From contig CAVVMX010000006.1 in the NCBI GenBank assembly GCA_963749455.1, forward strand, positions 125,769 through 157,768: a stretch of DNA of 32,000 nt. Direction: 5' to 3'. Numbering within the stretch: position 1 is the first letter of the stretch; every line of letters begins with the position of its first letter. Both the position numbers and the translations under genes were made by a program. Below are positions 1 to 9,593 of the stretch, one piece after another. The notes under the pieces are model-generated. The model worked only from the letters and a program-made list of their open reading frames with translations. It did not search any database and was not told where the DNA came from. This DNA comes from an uncultured Chloroflexia bacterium (GTDB lineage Bacteria > Chloroflexota > Anaerolineae > JAAYZQ01).

Positions 1-766
1 GAGTTGCCGGGGTTGATCGGTGCGTCGGTCTGGATGATGTCGGGGATGGTATACGACCCTATGAGGGAGGTAGAGTCAACCGGCAGCGACCGGCCCAGGG
101 CGCTGACAAAGCCGACCGTCATCGTCCCTTCCAGGCCAAATGGGTTGCCGATGGCCACGGCGAGCTGCCCGACCTTGAGCCCGGTCGAATCGGCCACCTG
201 CACCGGATGCAACTGATCGGCCGGCACGTCGACCTTGATCACTGCCAGGTCGCTGTTCGGATCGGTGCCTACCACCTCGGCCGGGACGGTCGTGCCGTCG
301 TAGAAGGTGACGGTGATCTCGCTGGCGTCCGTCCACGACGTGGTTATTGGTCACGATGTGCCCCTCTGTGTCCCACACAAAGCCCGAGGCCAGACCCTGC
401 TTGCTGGGGTGTCTGTTCTGGCAGCGAGGGCATGCCGGGAAACGACGGCATCTCAAAACTCTGACTGCTGCTCTTTACGGTCATCTGGATATTGACCACC
501 GACGGGTTGACCTGATCGTAGATCTGCGTCAGCGTGTTCTGCAGCACATCCAGTACATCACCGGCGTCTAGCTGCTGCCCGGCTGCTGACACCTGCCTGA
601 CCTCTGATACCTGAGTGGCCTGCGAGGTCGTTTCCTGGGCACTGGCCTCAGCCGCCGTCGGCTCGGCCAATACCCCCTTGAGATATTGGGACGGCTGACT
701 ACACCCGGCCAACATCAGGGCAGGAAGCAACAACAACACGACGACTAGAGCGAATTTACCTTTCAC
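1..766 (-). CDS. Trypsin-like serine protease, HtrA/DegP family lipoprotein, partial at window edge; at least 2 apparent frameshifts
   Basis: ORF 344..766 has signal/lipobox (LMLAGCS) and SVVNIQ; ORF 76..456 has SGFVWDTEGHIVTNNHVV; third frame reads EITVTFYDGTTVPAEVVGTDPNSDLAVIK...GQLAVAIGNPFGLEGTMTVGFVSALGR, typical of HtrA. Confidence 0.9.
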
Positions 767-1100
767 TTTTGTTTTCTCCGTACTCTTGTTTTACATTTTC
801 TTGGGCCAATGAGCCCTGGCCTACATGGGTGAGAAACACCTCTTTCTCGTTCTCACCAATCCTACGTCTTGAATCCACCCCAGCACCTGCGGGGGGCTAG
901 CTCAGTCCCAATCAACTCTGCCTAGCTAACGACAACCGGTCGATCCCTCCTTCTACAAGATGTTTGCTACACTAACTGATCATGAGCATAGCACAAAGTT
1001 GTGCAGATCTTATGGAGAACCGGTGGAGATTTCGCGCAATTCTCCTGGGGACCCTGCATCCGGTTGGACAGCACCAAGGAAACCTCAAGATGGAAGTGTT

Positions 1101-1129
1101 TTGACATTTCTCCGGCGCTATGCTACACT
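1101..1129 (+). promoter_or_regulatory. Sigma70-type promoter, TTGACA (1101-1106), 17-nt spacer, TACACT (1124-1129)
   Basis: Near-consensus hexamers with optimal spacing, upstream of a long structured leader. Confidence 0.8.
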
Positions 1130-1181
1130 GTCGATAACTTAACAACCGAGCTTGCAGCATCTTCGAGCCTCGCCGCCTAAA

Positions 1182-1312
1182 GGCCTGCGCCCCTTGTCAG
1201 TGTTAGCAAGGGAACAGGGCAGGCCCATGGTACGAGGCCGGTAGGGTATCGCTGGAAACGGCGATGCCTCCCATGCTTGGAAAGGAGATGCGCCGATCAG
1301 GACCGTGGGCGC
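1182..1312 (+). ncRNA. Structured 5' leader / candidate riboswitch aptamer (class not assigned; molybdenum/tungsten cofactor riboswitch is a hypothesis)
   Basis: GGCCTGC (1182-1188) pairs GCAGGCC (1219-1225), enclosing CCCTTG/CAAGGG. GGTATCGCTG-GAAA-CGGCGATGCC (1245-1268) forms a long stem capped by a GNRA tetraloop. Followed by CTCC/GGAG and GCGCC/GGCGC pairings. Lies between a strong promoter and terminators, no coding signal. Confidence 0.55.
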
Positions 1313-1335
1313 GGCGTCTCCAAGACGCCGTTTTT
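1313..1335 (+). terminator. Intrinsic terminator 1 in leader
   Basis: GGCGTCT-CCA-AGACGCC-G-TTTTT. Confidence 0.85.
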
Positions 1336-1394
1336 CTTGCCCCGACAGGCCTGCCCGTGGAGATCCCCTTTTGGGATGAGTGTCACCGGCAGAA

Positions 1395-1424
1395 ACGGCG
1401 TCTCCCTTCCGAGACGCCGTTTTT
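1395..1424 (+). terminator. Intrinsic terminator 2 in leader, same stem core as terminator 1
   Basis: ACGGCGTCTC-CCTTCC-GAGACGCCGT followed by TTTT. Confidence 0.85.
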
Positions 1425-1447
1425 ATTTGTGCCCGAGGGGGAGCTGG

Positions 1448-2021
1448 ATGGGGCAGAGACGCACCTACTTTTCTACTCGCGACCTGTTGATGATGGCCGC
1501 GCTGGCCGCCTTGGGTGGGGTGGTCAGTACCTATATCAACGCCATCGGCGACTTCTTCCAGTCGATCTTGGGCTTTGCCGGGACCACCCAGTGGGCGGCC
1601 GGCCTGCACGTGTTGTGGCTCACCCTGGCCGTGGGGCTGACCCGCAAGCAGGGGGCCGGGACCGTCACCGGCATCCTGAAGGGCGGCGTCGAGCTGCTCA
1701 CCGGCAATACCCACGGCCTGCTGATCGTGCTGGTCGACGTGGTGGCCGGGCTGCTGGTCGACCTGGGCTTTCTTCCCTTCAGGAACAAGGACTCGCTGCC
1801 CGCCTACTGCCTGGCCGGCGGGCTGGCTTCGGCCTCCAACGTCTTTGTCTTTCAGCTCTTCGCCTCGCTGCCCGCCGACACGCTGGCCTACGGGGTGATG
1901 CTGCTGGTGGGAGGCGTCGCCTTTCTGTCGGGCGTCGTCTTTGCCGGGGTCCTGGGCTGGGTCGCTGCTCAATGCTCTGCGCCGGGCCGGGGTGGTCAAA
2001 GATCGCTCGCCGGTCCCCATG
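1448..2021 (+). CDS. ECF transporter S component, YkoE-like membrane protein (C-terminus disrupted by apparent frameshift)
   Basis: Translated MGQRRTYFSTRDLLMMAALAALGGVVSTYINAIGDFFQSILG...hydrophobic helices; followed by tandem ATPase and T component. Confidence 0.75.
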
Positions 2022-2812
2022 AGCCGCCGGGTGTACCCCATCTTCCTGGTCGTCGCCGTGCTGCTCACCGTGGCTCTGACCCTCTATCTGCGTGTGGCCC
2101 TGCGCGGCCCGGCGACCGTCCACATCGGCGGCGCAGTGGCGGCCGCCTACGACTATCCCAAGGAGCATGGCGACATCGCCGCGATCACGCGCCGAAGGCA
2201 CTCTGCGCGAGGTGACCGGCCGCTACAACGGCATCCCGGTGCAGGAGCTGCTCGCCCGCGCCCAGCCCCAGGCCGGCGCCTCGCTGCTCCTCGTCCGGGG
2301 CTCTGACGGCTATGCCTTCTTTATCAGCATGGACGAGGTGCGCGACAACAGCGGCCTGCTGCTCTCCCCGCAGGGGCAAGGCGACGACGCGGCCTACAAC
2401 CTCGTCGGCGCCAAGAACTCCAAGGCCTGGGTGCGAGGCGTGAGTGAGCTGGTCGTCGTCGGCTCGGCGACGCTCGAGGTGAGCGGCGCGCTGGACAAGC
2501 CTGTCGCTCTACGATCCTGACGACTGGCAGTTCGAGATGGACAGCACCCGCCTGGACGTGGGCGACGGCCCGCACAAGTACCAGGGCGTGCCCCTGGGCC
2601 AGGTGCTCCAGGCGATGGAACCACAGGCCGGGGCGACGACGGTGGTGGTCTACACCGGCGGCGAGCCGGTGTCGCACCCCTTGGCCGAAGTGCTGGGCGA
2701 CAACGACCTGCGCCTCTTTACGATCATCGGCGAGTCGGACGTGACCTTTGCCCTGGCCCGCATGGACGGCCAGGTGCTTGCCGCCCGAGTGACGCGCATC
2801 GAGGTCCGCTAG
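2019..2812 (+). CDS. Membrane-anchored protein with two sulfite-oxidase/molybdopterin-binding-like domains; frameshifted
   Basis: MSRRVYPIFLVVAVLLTVALTLYLRVALRG anchor, then GTLREVTGRYNGIPVQELLARAQP...GSDGYAFFISMDEV and a second copy YQGVPLGQVLQAMEPQAGATTVVVYTGG (ORFs 1941..2306, 2092..2520, 2537..2812). Confidence 0.6.
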
Positions 2813-2818
2813 CCGCAG

Positions 2819-4318
2819 ATGATCGCCATCGAGGGGTTGAGCTTCCGCTTCCAGGGCAGCCACCGCTATGCCCTGCGCGACGTGAACCTGACGATCCAGG
2901 CCGGCGAGTTCCTGGTCATCACCGGGCCGTCGGGCTGCGGCAAGTCCACCCTGGCGCTGGCCATCGGCGGCTATCTGTTCCGGCAGTACGACGGTGAGGC
3001 CGAGGGCACTGTGACCGTGGCCGGGATCGACGTGCGCCGCCAGCCGATCTACGACGTGGCCGAGATGGTCGGGCTGGTGCAGCAGAACCCGGAGGCCCAG
3101 TTCTGCACCCTCACCGTGCAGGACGAGGTGGCCTTTGGCCTGGAGAACCGCTGCCTGCCCCCCGCCGAGATCCGGGAGCGGGTCGCCTGGGCGCTGGGCA
3201 TCGTCGGCGCGGAGCACCTGGCCGACCGCTCTCTGGCTACCCTGTCCGGCGGAGAGAAGCAGAAGGTGGCCATCGCGGCGATGATGGCCGCCAGGCCGCA
3301 GGTGCTCATCTTTGACGAGCCGACCTCCAACCTGGACCCGACGGCGACGGCCGAGGTGTTCAGGGTGATCGAGCAGATCCGGGCCGAGGCCGGCATCACC
3401 GTCGTCGTCATCGAGCACAAGGTGGACTATTTGCTGCCGTTTGCGCCGCGCCTGGTGGCGATGGACGGCGGGCGGATCGTCTACGATGGGCCGCTGAACA
3501 CAGCTATCGGCCGTCAGCCGTCAGCCGCCAGCAACAAGGGCGCACGGCGCGCAACAGCTCCCACGGAGCGACGGGCGCAACACGCCCACAGGGTGCGCCC
3601 TGCGTTCGCGTCGAGGACCTGCACATCGGCTACGACGGCCAGCCGGTGCTGCCGGGCGTTTCCCTGGAGGTCTATTCCGGCGAATTCGTGGCGGTGATGG
3701 GCGACAACGGCTGCGGCAAGACCACCCTCCTGCTACAGCCTGCTGGGCCTGATCAAGCCGGACCAGGGCCGGGTCGAGGTCCTGGGCCAGGACACCCGCC
3801 AGGTGCCGGTCTCGCACCTGGCCCGCCAGGTGGGGTTTGTCTTTCAGAACCCGGACCACCAGCTCTTCGCCGACAGCGTCTGGGACGAGGCCACGTTCGC
3901 CTCCTCCAACTTTCAGACTGCTTGACGGCGCGACCGAGGCGCGGGTGGGCGAGCTCCTGGCGCGCTGTGGGCTGGGCGACCGTCGCGATGACCATCCCTA
4001 CCGGCTCAGCTACGGCGAAAAGCGCCGCCTGAACCTGATCTCGGTGCTGGCCCATGGCCCCAAGCTCGATCCTGCTGGACGAGCTGCTCATCGGCCAGGA
4101 CGCCGGCAACGCCGCCTTTCTCCTGGACCTGCTGCGCGAGCGGGTGGAGCAGGGCGACGTGGTGATCATGGTCAACCACGCCCCCGAGGTCACGCGCTCG
4201 CTACGCCAGCCGGCTGATCTTCTTGGACGGCGGCCGGGTCGCCGTCGACGCGCCGCCCGAGCTTGCCTTTGAGCAGTTGGCGGCGATGGGCAGAGAGGCC
4301 TATGTCCCCCATGCGTAG
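2819..4318 (+). CDS. ECF/YkoD-like transporter ATPase with two tandem ABC ATPase domains; frameshifted
   Basis: Domain 1: GPSGCGKSTLALAIGG, LVQQNPEAQFCTLTVQDEVAFGLEN, LSGGEKQKVAIA, LIFDEPTSNLD. Domain 2: GDNGCGKTTLL, VFQNPDHQLFADSVWDEATF, LSYGEKRRL, ILLDELLIGQD. Overlaps the next gene start at 4311. Confidence 0.9.
3501..3601. repeat. Interdomain repeat island: imperfect heptamer repeats followed by nested inverted repeats
   Basis: cagctat-cggccgt-cagccgt-cagccgc-cagcaac (3501-3535), then AGGGCGCAC (3537-3545)/GTGCGCCCT (3593-3601) flanking GGGCG (3573-3577)/CGCCC (3583-3587). Confidence 0.6.
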
Positions 4319-5078
4319 CAGGGCGCAGCGCATCACCTATCAGCCCGGCCACTCGGTCCTCCACCGCCTGCACCCGCTGGTCAAGATGGCCTGGCTGCTC
4401 TTCGGGACCGTCCTGGTTTTTGTCGTCCGCAGCCCGTGGGTGGTCTTGGCTGCGGTGGCCCTGTTGGTGCTGGCTTTTCCCCTGGCCGGGCTGCGCCTGG
4501 GCCGCGTGCGCGGGACGCGGCTGTTCGTCACTACCGCCCTGCTGCTGGGGCTGCTGCAGATCCTCTTTGTCCACGAAGGGGAGACGCTCTTGCAGATCGG
4601 GCCGCTGGCCATCACCGTGGGTGGGCTGCAGGCCGCGGTCTATGTCGCCGGGCGCTTCCTGAGCGTCATCCTGCTGAGCTACCTCTTTGTCCTGACCACC
4701 GAGCCCAACGACCTGGCCTACGCGCTGATGCGCGCCGGCGTGCCCTACCGCTACGGCTTTGCCCTGATCACGGCCCTGCGCCTGGTGCCGGTCTTTGAGC
4801 AGGAAGGGCAGACCGTCTACCACGCCCAGCTGGCGCGCGGGGTGCAGTATGACGTCCGCAGCCCGCGCCGCTTTGTGACCCTGGCCCGCCAGTTCTTCCT
4901 GCCGCTGCTGGTCTCGGCGCTGGGCAAGGTGGATGCCCTGGCCGTGTCGATGGAAGGCCGCTGCTTTGGCAAGTACCCCACCCGCACCTTTCTGCGCGAG
5001 GTGCACGCCACCCGGCTGGATGGGCTGGCCCTTGGCCTGCTGCTGGCCGCTGCTGTGGCTGCGGCTCTGATTGGATAG
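4311..5078 (+). CDS. ECF transporter T component (EcfT/CbiQ/YkoC-like)
   Basis: HPLVKMAWLLFGTVLVFV... AGRFLSVILLSYLFVLTTEPNDLAYALMRAGVPYRYGFALITALRLVPVFEQEGQTVYHAQLARGV, EcfT signature. Confidence 0.92.
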   Translation: MRSRAQRITYQPGHSVLHRLHPLVKMAWLLFGTVLVFVVRSPWVVLAAVALLVLAFPLAGLRLGRVRGTRLFVTTALLLGLLQILFVHEGETLLQIGPLAITVGGLQAAVYVAGRFLSVILLSYLFVLTTEPNDLAYALMRAGVPYRYGFALITALRLVPVFEQEGQTVYHAQLARGVQYDVRSPRRFVTLARQFFLPLLVSALGKVDALAVSMEGRCFGKYPTRTFLREVHATRLDGLALGLLLAAAVAAALIG

Positions 5079-5121
5079 ATCGTAGGGCAGCTTCGGAGGT
5101 GGCTGCCAGGAGGTTTGCGAA

Positions 5122-6026
5122 TGTCGATGGTGGCTGGTTCTGATCGTCGTGGTGGCGCTGATAGTGGGCGGCGCGGCTGTGGCGGTGGCCATGGGCGCCC
5201 GAGCCCTGGCGCCGGCGCGGGCGGTCCTTCACTTTCCGTGGACCATGCTGGCCGACGAGGCAGCGACGATGAACGACTGCGTCGAATGCCACGAGCCGGA
5301 CAAGTTCCATAGCTGCGCCACCTGCCACGACGAGCACGGCTCGGCCGAGATGGCCAAGGTGCCCTTTAACCAGTTGGTGCTGCTGGCCGGCGATCTGCCC
5401 GAGCCGGGCTATATCGCGGTCAACGACATCCTGCCCTACCGCGACCAGCCCGGCACCCAGGTGGCCCTGCTCGACCTGTCTGGCAGAGCAGGGCGTGACC
5501 GATTTCGAGCGCGTGACCCTGGCCTCCAGCGACGGCGGCGTTGTGACGATCGAGCAGCCCAACCTGACCCAGTCGGCCCTGCTCATGCCCCACGTCGACG
5601 GGATGCGCTTTGCCGACGAGAGCCTGCACGTCTCCACCTGGCTGAAGGGCATCTCGCGCATCGTCGTCGTCGGCGTGGACAAGCCGCTGACCATCGACGG
5701 CCAGTCCACCTCCATCGGGCGGCTCCTGCTGCGGGCCACCCGCTCGGCCATCACCGGGCAGACCGAGGTGATGTTCAAGAGCGAGGACGACGGGCAGGTC
5801 CGCAAGGCCAAGACGGCCTCGCGCATCGAGGGCGCGCCGATAGAGGACCTGGTCGGGTTTTAACGCGATCCTGGTGCGCGATGCCCAGGGACAGGAGCAC
5901 GCCCTATCTGCCGACGAGGCTGAGGGGGCGATCCTGGCCCAGATCGATGGGCGGATTGTCCTGGTCCTGCCGGGGCGAGGGCAGCCGCAGTGGATTCTTG
6001 ACGTCGTCGAGATTACCTCTCGCTGA
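5122..6026 (+). CDS. Membrane-anchored protein with two CXXCH motifs and molybdopterin-binding-like domains; frameshifted
   Basis: ORF 5149..6090 contains ATMNDCVECHEPDKFHSCATCHDEHG; ORF 5495..5863 continues MTDFERVTLASSDGG...STWLKGISRIVVVGVDKPLTIDG; one-base shift extends to TGA at 6024. Confidence 0.6.
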
Positions 6027-6052
6027 CAGAGTAGGCCCGATTGAGGGAAATC

Positions 6053-7227
6053 ATGCTCAAGCGACAGATTCAGAGGACGAGGGCTGCTGATCATAGCCCT
6101 GGCGCTGCTGGCCGTGGCCCTGGTGCTGCTGGTCGCCCTGGTAGTCTTGGGGCGGTCCTGGCAGGCCGAGGTCATCGGGCCGGATGGCGTTCCCTTTCCG
6201 GTGGATGCCAAGGTCCTGGAAAGCCTGGACGACCCGGACGAGGAGGACCTGGGGGTCCCCGTGGACCAGCTACTGTGGGCAGCCGGGCTACCAGGCCGTC
6301 GAGCGGGTGATCGCGACCGGCCCTGACGGAACGCGCCGCGAGTTCGAGTGGCCCGCCGTGGCCGACGATGCCTGGTGGCTGGAAAACGGCAAGCTGTCTA
6401 TCGCCGGGGAGACGTTCGCCGTCTCCCGCCTGGAGGCCGAGCCGTCGCCTCTGCTCGGCCAGGTCCAGGCCCGCATCACCGACATTGCGCCGACGGCCGC
6501 GGCTGCCCTGGGGCTGCCGGCCCTGGCCCAGGCCACCGGACAGCCGCTGCAAGACCTCTCGGCCCGCCACGTGCTGATCCTGCTGCTGGACGGCCTGGGC
6601 TACCAGCACTACGTCGAGGCCCGGCAGGAGGGGCTGACTCCCAATCTGGCCGCCCTCGGCGAGCCGCTGCTGGGCCTGACCACCTACCCGCCCGTCACCA
6701 GCGTCTCGATGGCCTCGCTCCTGACCGGCGCGCCGCCGCAGGTGCACGGCGCTTGTCGCCGTGGCATACGCCAGACCGAGGCCGAGACCCTCTTTGATGC
6801 GGCCAGCGCCGCCGGCCTGTACGTCGTGGCCGTCGAAGGCGAGTCGCTGCCCTTCAACCTGCGCAACGCCGAGATCCGGCTCTCGGGCGACCGGGATGGG
6901 AACGGCAGCACCGACGACAATGTCCTGGCCAACGCCCTGGCCGCGCTGGATGCGGGGATGCCGGACCTGCTGTACGTCCATTTTCACGGCATCGACGACG
7001 CCGAGCACACCTACGGCCCCGGCGCCCCGGAGGAATTGGCGGCCGTCCGCGAGGTGGACTCGGCCGTCGGCCAGATAATCGAAGCGCTTCCAGAGGACAC
7101 ACTGATCCTTATCCTGGCCGACCATGGCCAGCACCTGGTCGAAGCGGATGAAGAAGGGAGGGTTGGCAATCACGGATCTCTGATCGAGTCAGATATGTTC
7201 ATTCCCATCTGGGTCGTAAAAAAGTAG
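6053..7227 (+). CDS. Type I phosphodiesterase/nucleotide pyrophosphatase (alkaline phosphatase superfamily) with N-terminal TM and molybdopterin-like region; frameshifted
   Basis: HVLILLLDGLGYQHYVEA, TTYPPVTSVSMASLLTGAPPQVHG, YVHFHGIDDAEHTYGP, LILADHGQHL, GNHGSL metal-binding motifs. Confidence 0.85.
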
Positions 7228-7253
7228 ACCAATCGCCAAAAAAGGAGGAGGCT

Positions 7254-8104
7254 ATGTTGAGAAAAGCTGGTATGATTCTAGTGTTGCTCACGCTCGTGAG
7301 CCTGGTCGGCTGTGGCAGCTCGGCTCCGAAAGTGGACTGGACGCTCAAGGTCGGCGGCGCGGTGAGCTCGCCGCTGTCTGTGACCTTTGCCGATCTGGCC
7401 AAGATGCCCCAGACCGATCTGAAGGACATCCTCATGGAGAAAGTCGCGGGGCGAGGATACTACCGGCTCCTGGAGCGGCGTGCTGTTGACCGATCTCCTG
7501 ACCAAGGCCGGCGCCGGGGAGTATGCCACCATCACCGCCGTAGCCGGCGACGGCTATGCCATCGAGGTCAACAAGGACGAGCTGGAGAACGCCATCGTCG
7601 CTCTGAAAGAGAACGGCAAGTGGATCGCCGAGACCGACCCGGATCACGGCCCCATCCGCCTGGTCACCCCCAAGACCCCGGCCAACCGCTGGGTGTTCCA
7701 GCTCCAGGAGATCCAGGTCAACCAGGAGGGCGGCAGCGGCGTCCCGGCCAACGCCGCGCTCAAGGTCACCGGCAACGTAAAGGTCGAGGTCGGCTGGACC
7801 GAGGAGAAGGTCCGCTCCATGGACACCATCCAGGCCGAGTCCACCAACAAGCAGGGCGAGACCAAGACCTACACCGGCGTCCTGCATCAGCGACCTGCTG
7901 GGCAAGGCCGATCCCAAGGACGACGCGACGACGCTGGTCTTTGTCGCCGACGATGGCTTTACCGCCGAGGTGCCCCTGGCCGATGTCGAGGCGTGCCAGG
8001 ACTGCATCGTCTCGTTCCGCGACGGGGGCGGCTTTAGCACGGTCCTGCCCGGCTTTGCCAGCGGCGTCCAGGTCAAGGGCGTGGTCGAGATCCAGGTCAA
8101 GTAA
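7254..8104 (+). CDS. Lipoprotein with two molybdopterin-binding-like domains; frameshifted
   Basis: MLRKAGMILVLLTLVSLVGCG lipobox; VDWTLKVGGAVSSPLSVTFADLAKMPQ; ITAVAGDGYAIEVNKDEL; second copy EEKVRSMDTIQAESTNKQGETKTYTGV ... CQDCIV. Confidence 0.7.
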
Positions 8105-8131
8105 GAGGGAGGTCCAACTATCGACGAGTTT

Positions 8132-8834
8132 GTGCGTGGCCTGGCCGAGGCCTTTCGCCTGATCGGTACCCTCGACCCGGCTCTGCTCGAGATCGTGGCG
8201 CTGTCGCTGCGGGTGTCGGGCATAGCGCTGCTGATCAGTGCCCTCATCGGCATCCCCCTGGGTGCCCTGATGGGCCTGAGCCGCTTCCGTGGGCGCAAGC
8301 TGCTCATCGCCCTGCTCTACACCGGCATGGGCTTTCCGCCGGTGGTGGTCGGGCTGTTCGTCTACCTGATGCTGTCCCGCAGCGGTCCTTTCGGCCAGCT
8401 CAACTCGCCGCTCATCCCCGACGCTGTTCACCCCCGGGGCAATGGTTGTCGCCCAGACGATCATCTCCTTTCCCCTGGTGGCCGGCTTTACCATGGCTGC
8501 CGTGATGGGCGTCGATCCCTACCTCCGCCAGCAGGTCCAGGCGCTGGGCGCCACCCGCTGGCAGACCGTGCTGTCGGTGTTGGCCGAGGCCCGGATAGGG
8601 GTGATCGTGTCGATCATCGCCGGCTTTGGCAGCATCATCTCTGAGGTGGGCGCGGTGATGCTGGTCGGTGGCAACATCGAGGACTCGACCCGGGTGCTGA
8701 CCACCGCCATCGTGCTCGAGACCCGCCAGGGGGACTTTGACCTGGCGATGGCCCTGGGCGTCATCCTGCTGAGCATCTCCTTTCTGACCAACGTGGTGAT
8801 GCTCCGCTTGCAGGGGAGGACCTTCGACGAATGA
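8132..8834 (+). CDS. tupB: Tungstate/molybdate-type ABC transporter permease (TupB-like); frameshifted
   Basis: ORFs 8132..8644 and 8442..8834: ALSLRVSGIALLISALIGIPLGALMGLSRFRGRKLLIALLYTGMGFPPVVVGLFVYLMLSRSGP; QQVQALGATRWQTVLSVLAEARIGVIVSIIAGFGSIISEVGAVMLVGGNI. Confidence 0.8.
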
Positions 8835-9563
8835 GCGACATCGTCTACCACCTCGAGCAGGTCACCAAATCGTACAATGGCCGCCGTGTGCTGCAGGTCG
8901 ATTCCCTCGACATCCGGCGGGGGGAGATCCTGGCCGTGGTCGGCCCCAGCGGCGCCGGCAAGAGCACCTTGCTGCGCCTCCTCAACTTCCTGGAACCGCC
9001 CACCAGCGGCTCCATCCGCTTCCTGGACTCTGAGTTCAGCCCCAATCGGACGCCGCCTCTCGATCTGCGCCGCCGGGTGACCACCGTCTTCCAGCGGCCC
9101 ATCCTGCTCAACCGGACTGTGTGGGCCAACGTCGCTTATGGGCTGCAAGCTGCGCCGCCAGCGGCAGTTCGACGGCCAGGTACAGGCGGCGCTGGAGCAG
9201 GTCGGCCTGACCTCCATGGCCCGCCAAAGGGCGCGCACCCTGTCGGGGGGCGAGGCCCAACGGGTGGCTCTGGCCCGGGCGATGGTCCTCCAGCCTGATG
9301 TGCTGCTGCTGGACGAGCCGACGGCCAACCTGGACCCCTACAATGTGGGGCTGATCGAAGAGATCGTGCACACGCTGAACGCCGAGCAGGGTACCAGTCT
9401 GGTCCTGGTGACCCACAATGTGTTCCAGGCCAAGCGGCTGGCCCACCGGGTTGCCCTGTTCCTGGAGGGTCAGATCGCCGAGATCGCCGATGCAGAGACG
9501 TTCTTTGGATCGCCGCGCGATCCACGCACCGCCGCCTTTGTGCGGGGTGAAATGGTGTACTAG
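8831..9563 (+). CDS. tupC: Tungstate/molybdate-type ABC transporter ATPase (TupC-like); frameshifted
   Basis: GPSGAGKSTLLRLLNFLEPPTSG; TVFQRPILLNRTVWANVAYGL; LSGGEAQRVALARAMVLQPDVLLLDEPTANLDP. Overlaps tupB-like gene (ATGA). Confidence 0.85.
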
Positions 9564-9593
9564 AAGAAGCAAACACAAAAAAGAGGAGGAAAA

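Noticed and set aside
1182-1312. TPP riboswitch, expected for a YkoE-like ECF operon
   Set aside because: No CUGAGA or the 3' conserved TPP box visible; the class is left unassigned pending a covariance search.
1139-2068. 309-aa minus-strand ORF covering leader and ECF S gene
   Set aside because: Shadow ORF overlapping the terminators and a clearly hydrophobic plus-strand protein.
3753-5192. 479-aa minus-strand ORF
   Set aside because: Antisense to ECF ATPase and EcfT with strong family motifs; low-complexity Q/H/R composition.
5860-5863. Programmed +1 frameshifting at ggttttaac and other frame breaks
   Set aside because: Breaks are too many, in unrelated contexts and unrelated genes, to be programmed; sequencing error is simpler.
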